The notes under the pieces were generated by a model, which saw nothing but the letters and a program-made list of their open reading frames with translations, was not told the DNA's origin and ran no database searches. A DNA stretch of 64,000 nucleotides from Candidatus Micrarchaeota archaeon (GTDB lineage Archaea > Micrarchaeota > Micrarchaeia > Norongarragalinales > Norongarragalinaceae), in contig JACQQD010000011.1 of assembly GCA_016207165.1 (NCBI GenBank), positions 6,515-70,514 on the forward strand, given 5' to 3'. A program made the translations under genes and the position numbers. This document shows, in pieces, positions 55,848 to 64,000 of this stretch. Positions within the stretch are counted from its first letter, which is position 1, and each line of letters starts with the position of its first letter.

Positions 55848-56834
55848 ATGGTCCTCTTCGAACTGGCCCTGCTTGTCGCCGGAATGGCGCTCCTGTTTAA
55901 AGGCGCGGAATGGGTCACGGATTCCGCGTCGCACGTCGCCGAACAATTCCACACCACCAGCGTGGCCGTCGGCCTCATCATCGTCTCCGTCGTGTTGAGC
56001 CTGCCGGAACTCTTGGTCGCCGCCACATCCATCTTCAAAGCCCACCCCCAAATCGGGTTGGGCACGATTTTGGGCTCCGTCATCGTCAACATCGGCCTCA
56101 TCGCGGGCCTCTGCAGCATGATCCGCCCGCTGAAGCTTTCCCGCGTCATCCTGCTTCGAGACACCATCTTCATGATCGTGGCCACCATCATCGTGGCCGT
56201 GTTGGCGTTGGAGGACAACAAACTCAGCCACGTCGAAGGCATTGTTTTCTTGTTGCTGTTCGTGCCGTACCTCATCAACGTCTACCAGCAAGAACACGAA
56301 ATGGGCAAGAAGAAGGCGAGAGCCGAAGGAAAACGCATCGTGCACACGCTTCAAATGGTGGGATACATCCCGTGGCTGCCGTTCCGCGTCCGCGACGGCA
56401 TGGGCGTGTTCGTCTTAGGCACCTTCGTTTTGTTGGTCGGCGCGCAACTGTTCACCGACGCCCTTATTGGCTTGTCCACCCAATTCCAGATTCCCGACTT
56501 GGTCATCGGCATCACCCTGGGAGCCCTGGGGCCATCGCTTCCGAACCTCGCCGCGGCCCTGCAAGCCACCCGCCGCGGCATGGAGGAACTCGCGATTTCC
56601 GAAACCATTGGCTCCAACATCTTCACGCTCCTGGTCAGCGTGGGACTCTTCGCACTAACCAGCCCCATCACGTTGGAGGCCTCCAGCCGCGTCATCACCG
56701 TGCCCGCGCTTTTACTGATCACCTTTCTGTTCATGGGGTTCACCATCAAAGGCAGAATCACGCGCGTGGAAGGAGGCATCCTGCTGTTCATGTACTTGGC
56801 CTCCGTGGCCGCCGAAATCTTGTACCGGGCGTGA
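55848..56834 (+). CDS. Na+/Ca2+ (CaCA-family) cation antiporter
   Basis: Two alpha-repeat regions ('GAEWVTDSASHVA', 'GTILGSVIVNIGL' / 'GSNIFTLLV'). ~10 TM. Confidence 0.7.
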   Translation: MVLFELALLVAGMALLFKGAEWVTDSASHVAEQFHTTSVAVGLIIVSVVLSLPELLVAATSIFKAHPQIGLGTILGSVIVNIGLIAGLCSMIRPLKLSRVILLRDTIFMIVATIIVAVLALEDNKLSHVEGIVFLLLFVPYLINVYQQEHEMGKKKARAEGKRIVHTLQMVGYIPWLPFRVRDGMGVFVLGTFVLLVGAQLFTDALIGLSTQFQIPDLVIGITLGALGPSLPNLAAALQATRRGMEELAISETIGSNIFTLLVSVGLFALTSPITLEASSRVITVPALLLITFLFMGFTIKGRITRVEGGILLFMYLASVAAEILYRA

Positions 56835-56897
56835 ATCGACTAGCCCCCCTGCGCATCACACCGCCGTTAATATAGGGCCCCTGCGTTGAGTACATTC

Positions 56898-57755
56898 ATG
56901 AAATGGGTTACCGCCACGTTCGTGTTGCTCGCGCTCTTCGGATTGGGTGCGAATGCCCTGTTTCAAAACGTGCCCTGCAGCAAGACGTTCGACTCCGGAG
57001 ACGTGACTCTGGAAATCGGCCAATGCGTCAAAACGCAAAGCGGGTGGACGGTCCGCCTGGAATCCGCGTTTTATGACCCCAGTTCGGCCGCCTTCAAACT
57101 GTTCAACCAAGACGGCGCGGAAGTCACCGATAAAAATTTAGCCATCCAAAGCGAAACCAAAGCGTTGGTCCAGGAAGCCGCCATCGAGCTTTTCGGCGTC
57201 ACGAAACCCCAAGGCACCCTCCGGGTTTCCGCCCACATCCAAAGCTGGAATTACCTTCCCGGCGGAGAAAGCCTCCAGGATTACCCGCAACCCCAGAAAT
57301 CCATTCCCACCGCCAACCTCAAAAACGAGTTCACCCTGCCGGACGGAAGCCAAGTCATCTTGGACGCGTACAAGAACAACCGAATGTACTTCTTGATTAA
57401 GAAAGCCAATTCCCTCCAATCCACGGATTTAGGAATTGGACAACGCTTCACGGACGGTTTGCTTGAACTCCAGTTCTTCGGCCCCCGCGAAACCGTGGGC
57501 GGCAACACGGGCTACGTCGTGGGACTTTACGCACCGCCGCAAAAAGCCACGGCCACGCCGGAAGCGGCAACCGCCAAACCAACCGGGCTATCCACGGTCA
57601 CGCCAAAACCCACCCAATCACCCAGCGCCACGCCCGTAACGCAACCCACGCAGGAAACGCCGACGGCCACGCAAAGCCCACCACCCCAAAACGGGGGACT
57701 GCAAGGGTTAATCGACGCCATCGCCGCATTTTTTAGGAACTTGTTGGGCGGATGA
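56898..57755 (+). CDS. secreted protein with Thr/Pro-rich C-terminal region
   Basis: Signal peptide 'MKWVTATFVLLALFGLGANA'. TATA-like 'TTAATATA' ~30 bp upstream. Confidence 0.4.
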   Translation: MKWVTATFVLLALFGLGANALFQNVPCSKTFDSGDVTLEIGQCVKTQSGWTVRLESAFYDPSSAAFKLFNQDGAEVTDKNLAIQSETKALVQEAAIELFGVTKPQGTLRVSAHIQSWNYLPGGESLQDYPQPQKSIPTANLKNEFTLPDGSQVILDAYKNNRMYFLIKKANSLQSTDLGIGQRFTDGLLELQFFGPRETVGGNTGYVVGLYAPPQKATATPEAATAKPTGLSTVTPKPTQSPSATPVTQPTQETPTATQSPPPQNGGLQGLIDAIAAFFRNLLGG

Positions 57756-59271
57756 AACCCGAAACGGTTTCACCAAACAATTGAATGCTTGACCAATTCG
57801 TCCACACCAAATAAGCGGCCGCCAACAAAAGCAAGAAGTAAACCAGCCTCCGCGGCTTTTTGAAAAGCCATTGGCCGAACCGCACCAGCATGGCCAACCC
57901 CTTTTTCGCCAGCCACCCAAGTCCACGCAACAACAACGAAAAAAACCGCCAAAGATACGGCGACACGACGCCCCAGAAACGCGAAACCGCCGAAACCCCT
58001 CGAACTGGAGTGGCCGGACTCTCAAACCGCGCGCGAGCGCTTCGTTTCTTGGCGGTCCTCCGGTATTTTTCCCGGAGCCTTCCTTGGCCCGCTTTTTTGA
58101 GTTCCTCAATAGTCAAAGCCGCCATCGCGCTTTGCGGCGCAAACCACTGGACCTTCAACGGAGGCAACTGATGGCCGGACGCATCCAAAAAAGACACCAC
58201 GCTCTGCCCCACGCCCATGCCGCCCATTTCCTGCGACAACGCGTAAAAATCGCTTTTCGGAAAACCCTGCGACAACGCCCGCACGTCCGCCAACCCCGCT
58301 TTCGTAAACGCCTTGGTCGCAAAAACGATTTTCGTGTTGAGCAACCCCAGGATCCGGTCCGGAATATCCGACACGCTTTGCGTCACGAAAAAAACGCCGA
58401 CGCCTTGCGACCGAATCTGCCGCAAAATGCGTTCCACCAACTCCACCAACGACTTGTTGGAACCCAAAAACAGCGTGTGCGCCTCATCCAAAAAAACAAC
58501 GATTTTCAGGGAACTGGATTGAGGCAATTCCACGAACAACCGGTACAACAAGAACACCGGCAAAACGGAGGCAATCGACGCATGCTTTCTGACGTCCCCC
58601 AAGTACACCACGTGGTGGCCGGAACCCAGCAAGTCATTCAAATCCAAAGCGGGATGGCCGAACAAGTCGGAAAGCCCCTTGTGCTCCAACTCCACGATCT
58701 TGCGCAAAACCACGTTGACGGCTTGAGCGGAGACGCCCGGCGACTTTTCCGAAACCAGCTTCTCCAACAGCGCGGCCAAGTCGTCCAAGTCATGCAAGTC
58801 GATTCTATCCTTTCTCGCCCGGACATGAGCCAAGACCACGTGGCTTTCCTGCGTCGGATTCAATTCCAGCAACCGCGAAACCAAGGCCGGGTCCACGTCC
58901 TGAAGACTGAAACGCATGGATGCCAACAAATCCGACGCACTCCAAAAATGCGTTTCAAAACTTTTTGCTTCCTCGCTCCACGCCAACGCCTCCGACGACG
59001 GCTTTCCGGGTTTGACAAACCCCGTCACGTCCCCCTTCGCATCCGACAACAACGACGGCACGCCATGCCTGGAAAGCTGTTCCATCAAACGCTGGACTAC
59101 CCGGCTCTTTCCAGTTCCAGTAGTCCCGGACACCAAGCCGTGGCGCGTAAGCGAAGACAGCGGCAACTTGACGGTCTCGTGGTTGAACGGCTTTCCAAAA
59201 ACCGGTCGGCCGCACGTCAAGCCATCCAACCGGCCGTACGTCCCGTCAAAAAACGCCTCAAAGTCCGCCAT
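57733..59271 (-). CDS. DUF853-family HerA/FtsK-like NTPase with C-terminal TM
   Basis: 'HGLVSGTTGTGKSRVVQRL...GVPSLLSDAKGDV' and 'VVFLDEAHTLF' match the YjgR/DUF853 P-loop NTPase family. C-terminal hydrophobic segment. Confidence 0.6.
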   Translation of the reverse strand: MADFEAFFDGTYGRLDGLTCGRPVFGKPFNHETVKLPLSSLTRHGLVSGTTGTGKSRVVQRLMEQLSRHGVPSLLSDAKGDVTGFVKPGKPSSEALAWSEEAKSFETHFWSASDLLASMRFSLQDVDPALVSRLLELNPTQESHVVLAHVRARKDRIDLHDLDDLAALLEKLVSEKSPGVSAQAVNVVLRKIVELEHKGLSDLFGHPALDLNDLLGSGHHVVYLGDVRKHASIASVLPVFLLYRLFVELPQSSSLKIVVFLDEAHTLFLGSNKSLVELVERILRQIRSQGVGVFFVTQSVSDIPDRILGLLNTKIVFATKAFTKAGLADVRALSQGFPKSDFYALSQEMGGMGVGQSVVSFLDASGHQLPPLKVQWFAPQSAMAALTIEELKKAGQGRLREKYRRTAKKRSARARFESPATPVRGVSAVSRFWGVVSPYLWRFFSLLLRGLGWLAKKGLAMLVRFGQWLFKKPRRLVYFLLLLAAAYLVWTNWSSIQLFGETVSGFIRPTSS

Positions 59272-59330
59272 GGCAAGCCAAGGGAAAGAAAGCCTATAAA
59301 ACGGGCGGCCCCATTAGAAAAAGTCCTTTC

Positions 59331-59356
59331 GCTCTAGTCGTCTAGACCGGTCAAGG
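59331..59356 (+). repeat. duplicate of the first 26 nt of tRNA-Glu (acceptor+D-arm), 200 bp upstream of the intact gene
   Basis: Exact 26-mer GCTCTAGTCGTCTAGACCGGTCAAGG. Confidence 0.7.
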
Positions 59357-59465
59357 GCACCGTGACCGGATCCCCGGGGGCGGAGCGCCTCCCCCTGGAA
59401 ATCCGTCTTCCTCGCCCCCTCCCGAACGGGTTAAAAAACAAAACTAGCCACAAGACTCTTCTTCT

Positions 59466-59477
59466 GCTCTAGTCGTC
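59466..59477 (+). repeat. second partial copy (12 nt) of tRNA-Glu 5' end
   Basis: GCTCTAGTCGTC, then divergence. Confidence 0.5.
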
Positions 59478-59530
59478 GAACCTTTCTTTAAGAAAGAAAG
59501 CTTCACCAAAGAAACGACAAACGCAGAAAC

Positions 59531-59605
59531 GCTCTAGTCGTCTAGACCGGTCAAGGATACCGGACTCTCAATCCGGCGACCCGGGTTCAAATCCCGGCTA
59601 GAGCA
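59531..59605 (+). tRNA. tRNA-Glu(CTC)
   Basis: Acceptor GCTCTAG/CTAGAGC+A. D-arm GTCT-AGACCGGTCAA-GGAT. Anticodon stem CCGGA/TCCGG with loop CTCTCAA. T-arm CCGGG-TTCAAAT-CCCGG. Architecture mirrors haloarchaeal tRNA-Glu. Confidence 0.8.
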
Positions 59606-59629
59606 CTACAAACGAAGAAGTGAAACCAC

Positions 59630-60433
59630 TTGGCAAAAGTTATTTGGGACAACGAATTCGGCTATATAGAAGATTCAAAGTACCTGCACCTCGGAAAAGG
59701 ACAATCGAGTTGTATAATTCCATATACTGGAAAACTGGCTTTAAAACAGGCAGAATCAAAACCAATCCTAGACACAATAGTGTACTACCAGGGAAAAACA
59801 AACCACCACCTCACATTGTTCAGAGAATTTGCTGGAGAATTTGAAAAAATACATGCAGAACGATTCGAAAAGGAGGTAAAAAAGCAACTCGAAAAGAAAA
59901 GCCTGAGCGATCCAAAAAAAGTGTATTTTTTTCAGGTAAATCTATCGGCAGAAACAACCCTACTGAATAAACACATTTACGAATTCGATTGTTGTTGCGG
60001 AACAATCAAACGCAGCAATGATTGTATTTTCAAACTTCTAAGTATTGTAGATGGAGTTGATATTAACCGACTCGGCGCAAAAAAGTACTCGCTAGTCAGT
60101 TATGCAGAAGCTCTAGCGACATCGACACGTAGCCAAAAAAAATACGACGTATTGAGTTCAAATACACGTAAGTTCGTCTCGACATACGCACAATGGATAC
60201 TAGACATAAGTCAATTCAGGACAAAATACGAGCATCAACATCTGCCAGAAAAAATTCAAATCAAAGCCAAGCTGACCGCCACAAAACCAGGTTGGACTAG
60301 CGAAGAGACCAAGTTTGGGGTAAACGTCAAAAGCTATGACAAAAAATACGAAATGACCGAAACTAATCTAAGAGCCCAGGTAACTAAGTCTCTTGAGTTT
60401 TTTGATAATGCGCTGGATATAATCACTAGCTAA
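59630..60433 (+). CDS. hypothetical protein, compositionally AT-rich (foreign-looking)
   Basis: 267-aa ORF directly downstream of tRNA-Glu. Markedly lower GC and different codon usage from the rest of the contig. Confidence 0.4.
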   Translation: MAKVIWDNEFGYIEDSKYLHLGKGQSSCIIPYTGKLALKQAESKPILDTIVYYQGKTNHHLTLFREFAGEFEKIHAERFEKEVKKQLEKKSLSDPKKVYFFQVNLSAETTLLNKHIYEFDCCCGTIKRSNDCIFKLLSIVDGVDINRLGAKKYSLVSYAEALATSTRSQKKYDVLSSNTRKFVSTYAQWILDISQFRTKYEHQHLPEKIQIKAKLTATKPGWTSEETKFGVNVKSYDKKYEMTETNLRAQVTKSLEFFDNALDIITS

Positions 60434-61922
60434 CTTTGCGAACCCAGCCTTCCGTAGCATTGACTTCGACTCGGTCCCCGTCTTTGAAGACTTTTGTAGC
60501 GATCTTGGTTCCGATCACGCATGGAACGTTCAGTTCACGGGAAACGATGGCGGCGTGCGACGTGATGCCACCCACATTCGTGACAATCGCCGAGGCTTTT
60601 TTCATGGCGGGCACGATGTCCGGCATGGTGGCCAGGGAAACCAACACGTCGCCGGCGTTGAACCTGGCCATGTCGGCAGGCGTGTCCACGATTTTCGCGA
60701 TTCCTTTTGCCTGGCCCGGGCACCCGCATTGGCCCCTTAATTCCAAGACGTCGCCCACGTCGGCTTCCTTCAAGTGGTTTTCAGAGAAGCGTTCGGCGGT
60801 ATCCCCTGAAAAAAGGATCACGCCTTCGTTTGCATCGTATTGGTACACGACCAGTCGCTTGCGGTCCGAAAGCTCCTTGGCATGAAGCGACCCTGAAAAA
60901 GCGGCTTCCAACTCAGAGGGACGCACGCCCCGCAAAAGCGACAGCGCCACGTCGGTGCGTTTGGAGACCTCCCGCAAAATCAAGTCCAAGGCGTACGCGG
61001 AGTGAAACATGGCGTCGCGGCGGATGGTTTTGAGGTAAAGACATTGACGGGCCAAAAAAACGTTCCACAACTGGTTTTCTGAGACGTCCAATTCCTTGCG
61101 GAAAGCGTCTTGCTGGGTCTTGAGTCTGGAGGGACGGGATGCCAGAGCGCCGCGTTGCGTTTTCAAATCGGGTTGCGAAGACAACGCCAAAACGTCCTGC
61201 AACGTTTTTTCCGGAGTCAACGCCGGACCCGAGTATCCAAAGTAAGTCCATGCAAACTCGCGGGCGTGGGCTTGAAGCCTGGAAAACAAATCGGGAAAAC
61301 GTTTTTCAAGCGATTTCTGGGACGTATCGGCGTCCACTTCCCTTTCCTGGAATTCCAGCGCCAAGGCCAGCGACGACAATTCCTCTTTTCGGGGCAGGGA
61401 TTCCTCCAACGGCGAAGTCAGAACGGAAAAGTACTCCCCCACCGGACGGGAGAGCTTTTTCTTGCGGGCGATGGTCGAAAGCTCGGCATTCGCCGCCAAA
61501 GTGATGCGCTCGGCACCTACGTCCACCAACGCCGGCACCAAACCCCAGCCTAAAAGGACTTGAAGGGAGTCGGACATGCGTTGGGCGTGGACGCACAAGG
61601 TTTGGTCTGACCACGAAGGCAGGCTGCGGACGGAAACCCGTTCAGCCAATGAATGAAGCGTTTCACAACCGGAATGGACTTCGCGCATGGTCTGCCTAAA
61701 AAAATCGGGTTCCGCCAAGCGGTGGAACACGTCGTCCAGGCGCTTGACGAAGGAATCATGCAAGAAGTAGCGCACGTGCTCACCCCGGATTTCCATGACG
61801 ACGTTCGGCTGAAAACCAAACCGGGGCACGAAGTGGCTTGGGTAAAAGTCGATGAACGGGTGGAGGAACGCCAGGTTCGCGCCGTCCTCTTCAACGATGT
61901 TGTGCCATTCCACGGAAATCAC
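60426..61922 (-). CDS. PEP-utilizing-enzyme mobile (phosphohistidine) domain protein
   Basis: C-terminal 'GGITSHAAIVSRELNVPCVIG' phospho-His swivel domain. ~400-aa N-terminal region of unknown fold, lacking the PEPS/PPDK catalytic TIM barrel. Confidence 0.5.
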   Translation of the reverse strand: MISVEWHNIVEEDGANLAFLHPFIDFYPSHFVPRFGFQPNVVMEIRGEHVRYFLHDSFVKRLDDVFHRLAEPDFFRQTMREVHSGCETLHSLAERVSVRSLPSWSDQTLCVHAQRMSDSLQVLLGWGLVPALVDVGAERITLAANAELSTIARKKKLSRPVGEYFSVLTSPLEESLPRKEELSSLALALEFQEREVDADTSQKSLEKRFPDLFSRLQAHAREFAWTYFGYSGPALTPEKTLQDVLALSSQPDLKTQRGALASRPSRLKTQQDAFRKELDVSENQLWNVFLARQCLYLKTIRRDAMFHSAYALDLILREVSKRTDVALSLLRGVRPSELEAAFSGSLHAKELSDRKRLVVYQYDANEGVILFSGDTAERFSENHLKEADVGDVLELRGQCGCPGQAKGIAKIVDTPADMARFNAGDVLVSLATMPDIVPAMKKASAIVTNVGGITSHAAIVSRELNVPCVIGTKIATKVFKDGDRVEVNATEGWVRKVS

Positions 61923-62086
61923 AAGTGAACCGGTGCCTGGGGTTTAGGCGGTTCCTGCGGCGCGCTTCTTTCCCGAGAAAAGATACGCCAAACCACCCAG
62001 AGGCCCAAGGCCACGGCCAACCATTCCCACATGGTTGAAAACCTAGAAAAAGACAGCCATATGGATTTTGTAGCGTTAACGCTATG

Positions 62087-62605
62087 CTATTTAATAGCGA
62101 CGTGCTGGAGCGGCCCGGGGGCCCGTTGTTCGCCTTGGTCGCGAAACGTCATGCCCAAACCGATGCCCACCAAAAGGGGAAGCATGTTGAGGTTGCCGGA
62201 AAACACGAAGCCGCTCAACAACAAAATCGCTCCAGCCAGAAACGCGGGCATGGGAATGAATTCGGCGAAACCCAGTTGGCCCGGGTTGCGCACCACGTGC
62301 ACGCCGAAAACAGCGAGCACTCCGGCGGCGCCTCCCGCCACGCCAAACACCGGGCTTTCCAGGAAGAGTCCCAAGTTGCCAACCACCGCCCCAAGCACGT
62401 AGACCAAGAAATAATGGGTGGAACCGATGTGTTGTTCCAAGTCTTCCATCAAGTGGATGAAAACCAGGTTCACGCCGAGTTCAAACACGCTGGCGTAAAG
62501 GAACAAAAAAAAGACCAGCGCCATGGGCGGCTGGGAAAACGATGGAAAGGCAAAAACCAGGCCGAACGTCAAAACCGACAAGCCCAGCACGTACCGCGAG
62601 AGCAT
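62087..62605 (-). CDS. polytopic membrane protein, possibly degenerate rhomboid-like
   Basis: 172 aa, ~5 TM. 'HLMEDL' and 'VAGGAAGVLAVFG' sit where rhomboid H..N and GxSG would be, but the catalytic Ser is absent. Confidence 0.3.
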   Translation of the reverse strand: MLSRYVLGLSVLTFGLVFAFPSFSQPPMALVFFLFLYASVFELGVNLVFIHLMEDLEQHIGSTHYFLVYVLGAVVGNLGLFLESPVFGVAGGAAGVLAVFGVHVVRNPGQLGFAEFIPMPAFLAGAILLLSGFVFSGNLNMLPLLVGIGLGMTFRDQGEQRAPGPLQHVAIK

Positions 62606-63292
62606 TCACACCACCAACGCCTGGCCCAGGGCAGGCATGAGCTTGGCTTCCGCTTTGCGAAGATGGATGCGCAACGTGGTCTCCGGCACGCTCAACCGAC
62701 TCGCAAGTTCCTTGAGGTTGGTTTGCCGTGGATACGTATAGTACCCGGAGGAAAGCGCGTGGACAAACGCCCACCGCTGGCGATCGCTTAACCGCTCAAA
62801 GGCATTGGGGTTGAACAAGTCCACGCGCATTTTCTTGAGGAAAACCCACTCGGCCCAAGCCTTGGGTTTCAACGCGTTGATCTTCTCGTACAGACGCTTC
62901 AAATCCGCTTTCCGATGCGACCCCACGGTCCAAAATTCCTCCCCTTTTTCCGCCAAAATCGGTTTGAGGAAAAAGACGCTGCGATCCATGACCAACGCAT
63001 GGAAGTTGTTCGTTACCGGAATGGTGAAGTACACCTGGCGGCCGTCCACGTCCTCCACGTGGATGCGCGCGTCGGCCTTGAATGCGGCGATGAGTTTTTC
63101 GGCGTCTGGGCCGGAGACCAACGCCACGCGCGACAAAAAACTTTGTCCGTTGACAAGGAAACTGTTCAAATAGCACGCGGAAAGCCGGGCGTCCAGCTTC
63201 CGCGTTTTCTCCATGACATAGGAGTGAGCGTGCCAGACGTTCAGCTTCGCCACCCACATGAAAACGTCACGCGAACCGAAAATAAAAACCAA
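62606..63292 (-). CDS. Bat-like HTH_10 transcriptional regulator (paralog of 35791..36417)
   Basis: 'LSDRQRWAFVHALSSGYYTYPRQTNLKELASRLSVPETTLRIHLRKAEAKL' HTH_10 motif. Same architecture as the other regulator. Confidence 0.5.
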   Translation of the reverse strand: MVFIFGSRDVFMWVAKLNVWHAHSYVMEKTRKLDARLSACYLNSFLVNGQSFLSRVALVSGPDAEKLIAAFKADARIHVEDVDGRQVYFTIPVTNNFHALVMDRSVFFLKPILAEKGEEFWTVGSHRKADLKRLYEKINALKPKAWAEWVFLKKMRVDLFNPNAFERLSDRQRWAFVHALSSGYYTYPRQTNLKELASRLSVPETTLRIHLRKAEAKLMPALGQALVV

Positions 63293-63328
63293 GTTATTTA
63301 ACCGGGGGCGCCGTGAACGTCAACGCGC

Positions 63329-64000
63329 ATGAAAAACGTTTGGCTGCTTTTCGCCGCATTGGCGTTGTTGGGTTGCGTCACGCAAACCCAGTACGTCTGC
63401 CCGGACCAACGCGTGGTGGATGACCCCAGCCTGTGCTTCCCGAAATCAAACGGCACGCCCACCCCGACGCCCAACGGACCCGAGATACTGCCAGCCCCCA
63501 CGTTGCCGGCCAACGGCAAACCCGAAATCCAGCCGCCAAGCTCCGAGGCCCTAGAGAAACTGGAGAAAGACATCCTCGAGGAAATCAACGTCGTGCGCGC
63601 CGTGGAAGCAATGAAGGCGTTACAGTGGAACGAACGCGCGGCCTCGGCGGCCAGAAAATACGCCCAGGAACTCGTGGAACAGGAGCGATTCGCGCATACC
63701 GGCTCCGAGGGGTCCAACATCCACGACCGCCTGCGCGCGGAAGGATTGTTTGAATTCGTTGCCAACGAGAACCTCGCGCAACTCTCCTTTGACGGAACCG
63801 TGCCGGAATCCAGCAAAGTAGTCAACGGCTGGCTCAAGAGCCCGGGCCACCGCTCCAACATCTTGGATGTGGACGGATTGTACAGCCACGCCGGAGTCGG
63901 CGCGTACTGTGCAAAAGAAGTATGCGTTTTCGCGTACACGGCCGTGGGGTTGCGGCGGAGCAACGCGTACACGCTGGGCAAGAACTTCTACTCCTTCGTA
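63329..64000 (+). CDS. CAP/SCP/PR-1-like (YkwD-type) secreted lipoprotein, 3'-partial at window edge
   Basis: Not in the ORF track (no stop before the window end). Translated by hand: lipobox 'LALLGC', Pro/Thr linker, CAP signature 'VVNGWLKSPGHRSNIL'. Confidence 0.55.
   Translation, partial: MKNVWLLFAALALLGCVTQTQYVCPDQRVVDDPSLCFPKSNGTPTPTPNGPEILPAPTLPANGKPEIQPPSSEALEKLEKDILEEINVVRAVEAMKALQWNERAASAARKYAQELVEQERFAHTGSEGSNIHDRLRAEGLFEFVANENLAQLSFDGTVPESSKVVNGWLKSPGHRSNILDVDGLYSHAGVGAYCAKEVCVFAYTAVGLRRSNAYTLGKNFYSFV

Noticed and set aside
63298-63981. 227-aa minus-strand ORF at the window end
   Set aside because: The + strand in this interval encodes a convincing CAP/SCP-domain lipoprotein (GWLKSPGHRSNIL). 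The ORF track omitted it only because it runs off the window.
1-64000. CRISPR arrays, rRNA genes, transposases or integrases
   Set aside because: No regularly spaced direct repeats of CRISPR type, no rRNA-like conserved stretches and no recognisable recombinase or transposase ORF anywhere in the window.

Overview
High-GC (~58%) contig that reads as archaeal: archaeal-type tRNAs with no encoded CCA (one carries a long intron in the anticodon loop), TATA/BRE-like promoters close to start codons, a eukaryote/archaeal-type TrpRS and a candidate S26e. The core is a large aromatic amino-acid supra-operon (29.8-47.2 kb): trpEGDCBA, then DAHP synthase-aroBDEKAC-pheA-aminotransferase-tyrA-trpS, with two Bat-like HTH_10 regulators and an ACT-domain regulator nearby. 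Other housekeeping genes: malic enzyme, class I FBPase next to a DUF2090 aldolase-like gene, a DEAD-box helicase, a CaCA antiporter, a split RND exporter with a COG1361 surface protein, a tandem-DsbA lipoprotein and an ODC-like decarboxylase. There are two accessory regions, and I could not tell from sequence alone which is the more novel. (1) A ~8 kb minus-strand operon (4.0-11.9 kb) encoding a VirB2-like 2-TM protein, a polytopic VirB6/CedA-like membrane protein, a VirB4/HerA-family ATPase, two large sequon-rich secreted/membrane proteins and a beta-CASP nuclease. This looks like a minimal T4SS/Ced-like DNA-transfer module. (2) A lower-GC island (22.7-26.3 kb) of four toxin-antitoxin/defence cassettes: two RelE/ParE pairs, a Panacea-domain protein paired with an acylphosphatase-like fusion, and an unknown gene. 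Each cassette is preceded by the same ~16-nt element (GTCCTGGCCGGTGAAA core) followed 10-16 nt later by a TATA-like box. The island abuts an intron-containing tRNA-Ser(CGA). Further anomalies are tandem 5'-fragment copies of tRNA-Glu next to an AT-rich foreign-looking gene, a 48-bp direct repeat duplicating the 3' end of trpS, periodic TTTGGC repeats in the aro promoter, and two further VapBC pairs. No CRISPR array, rRNA or recombinase gene was seen.
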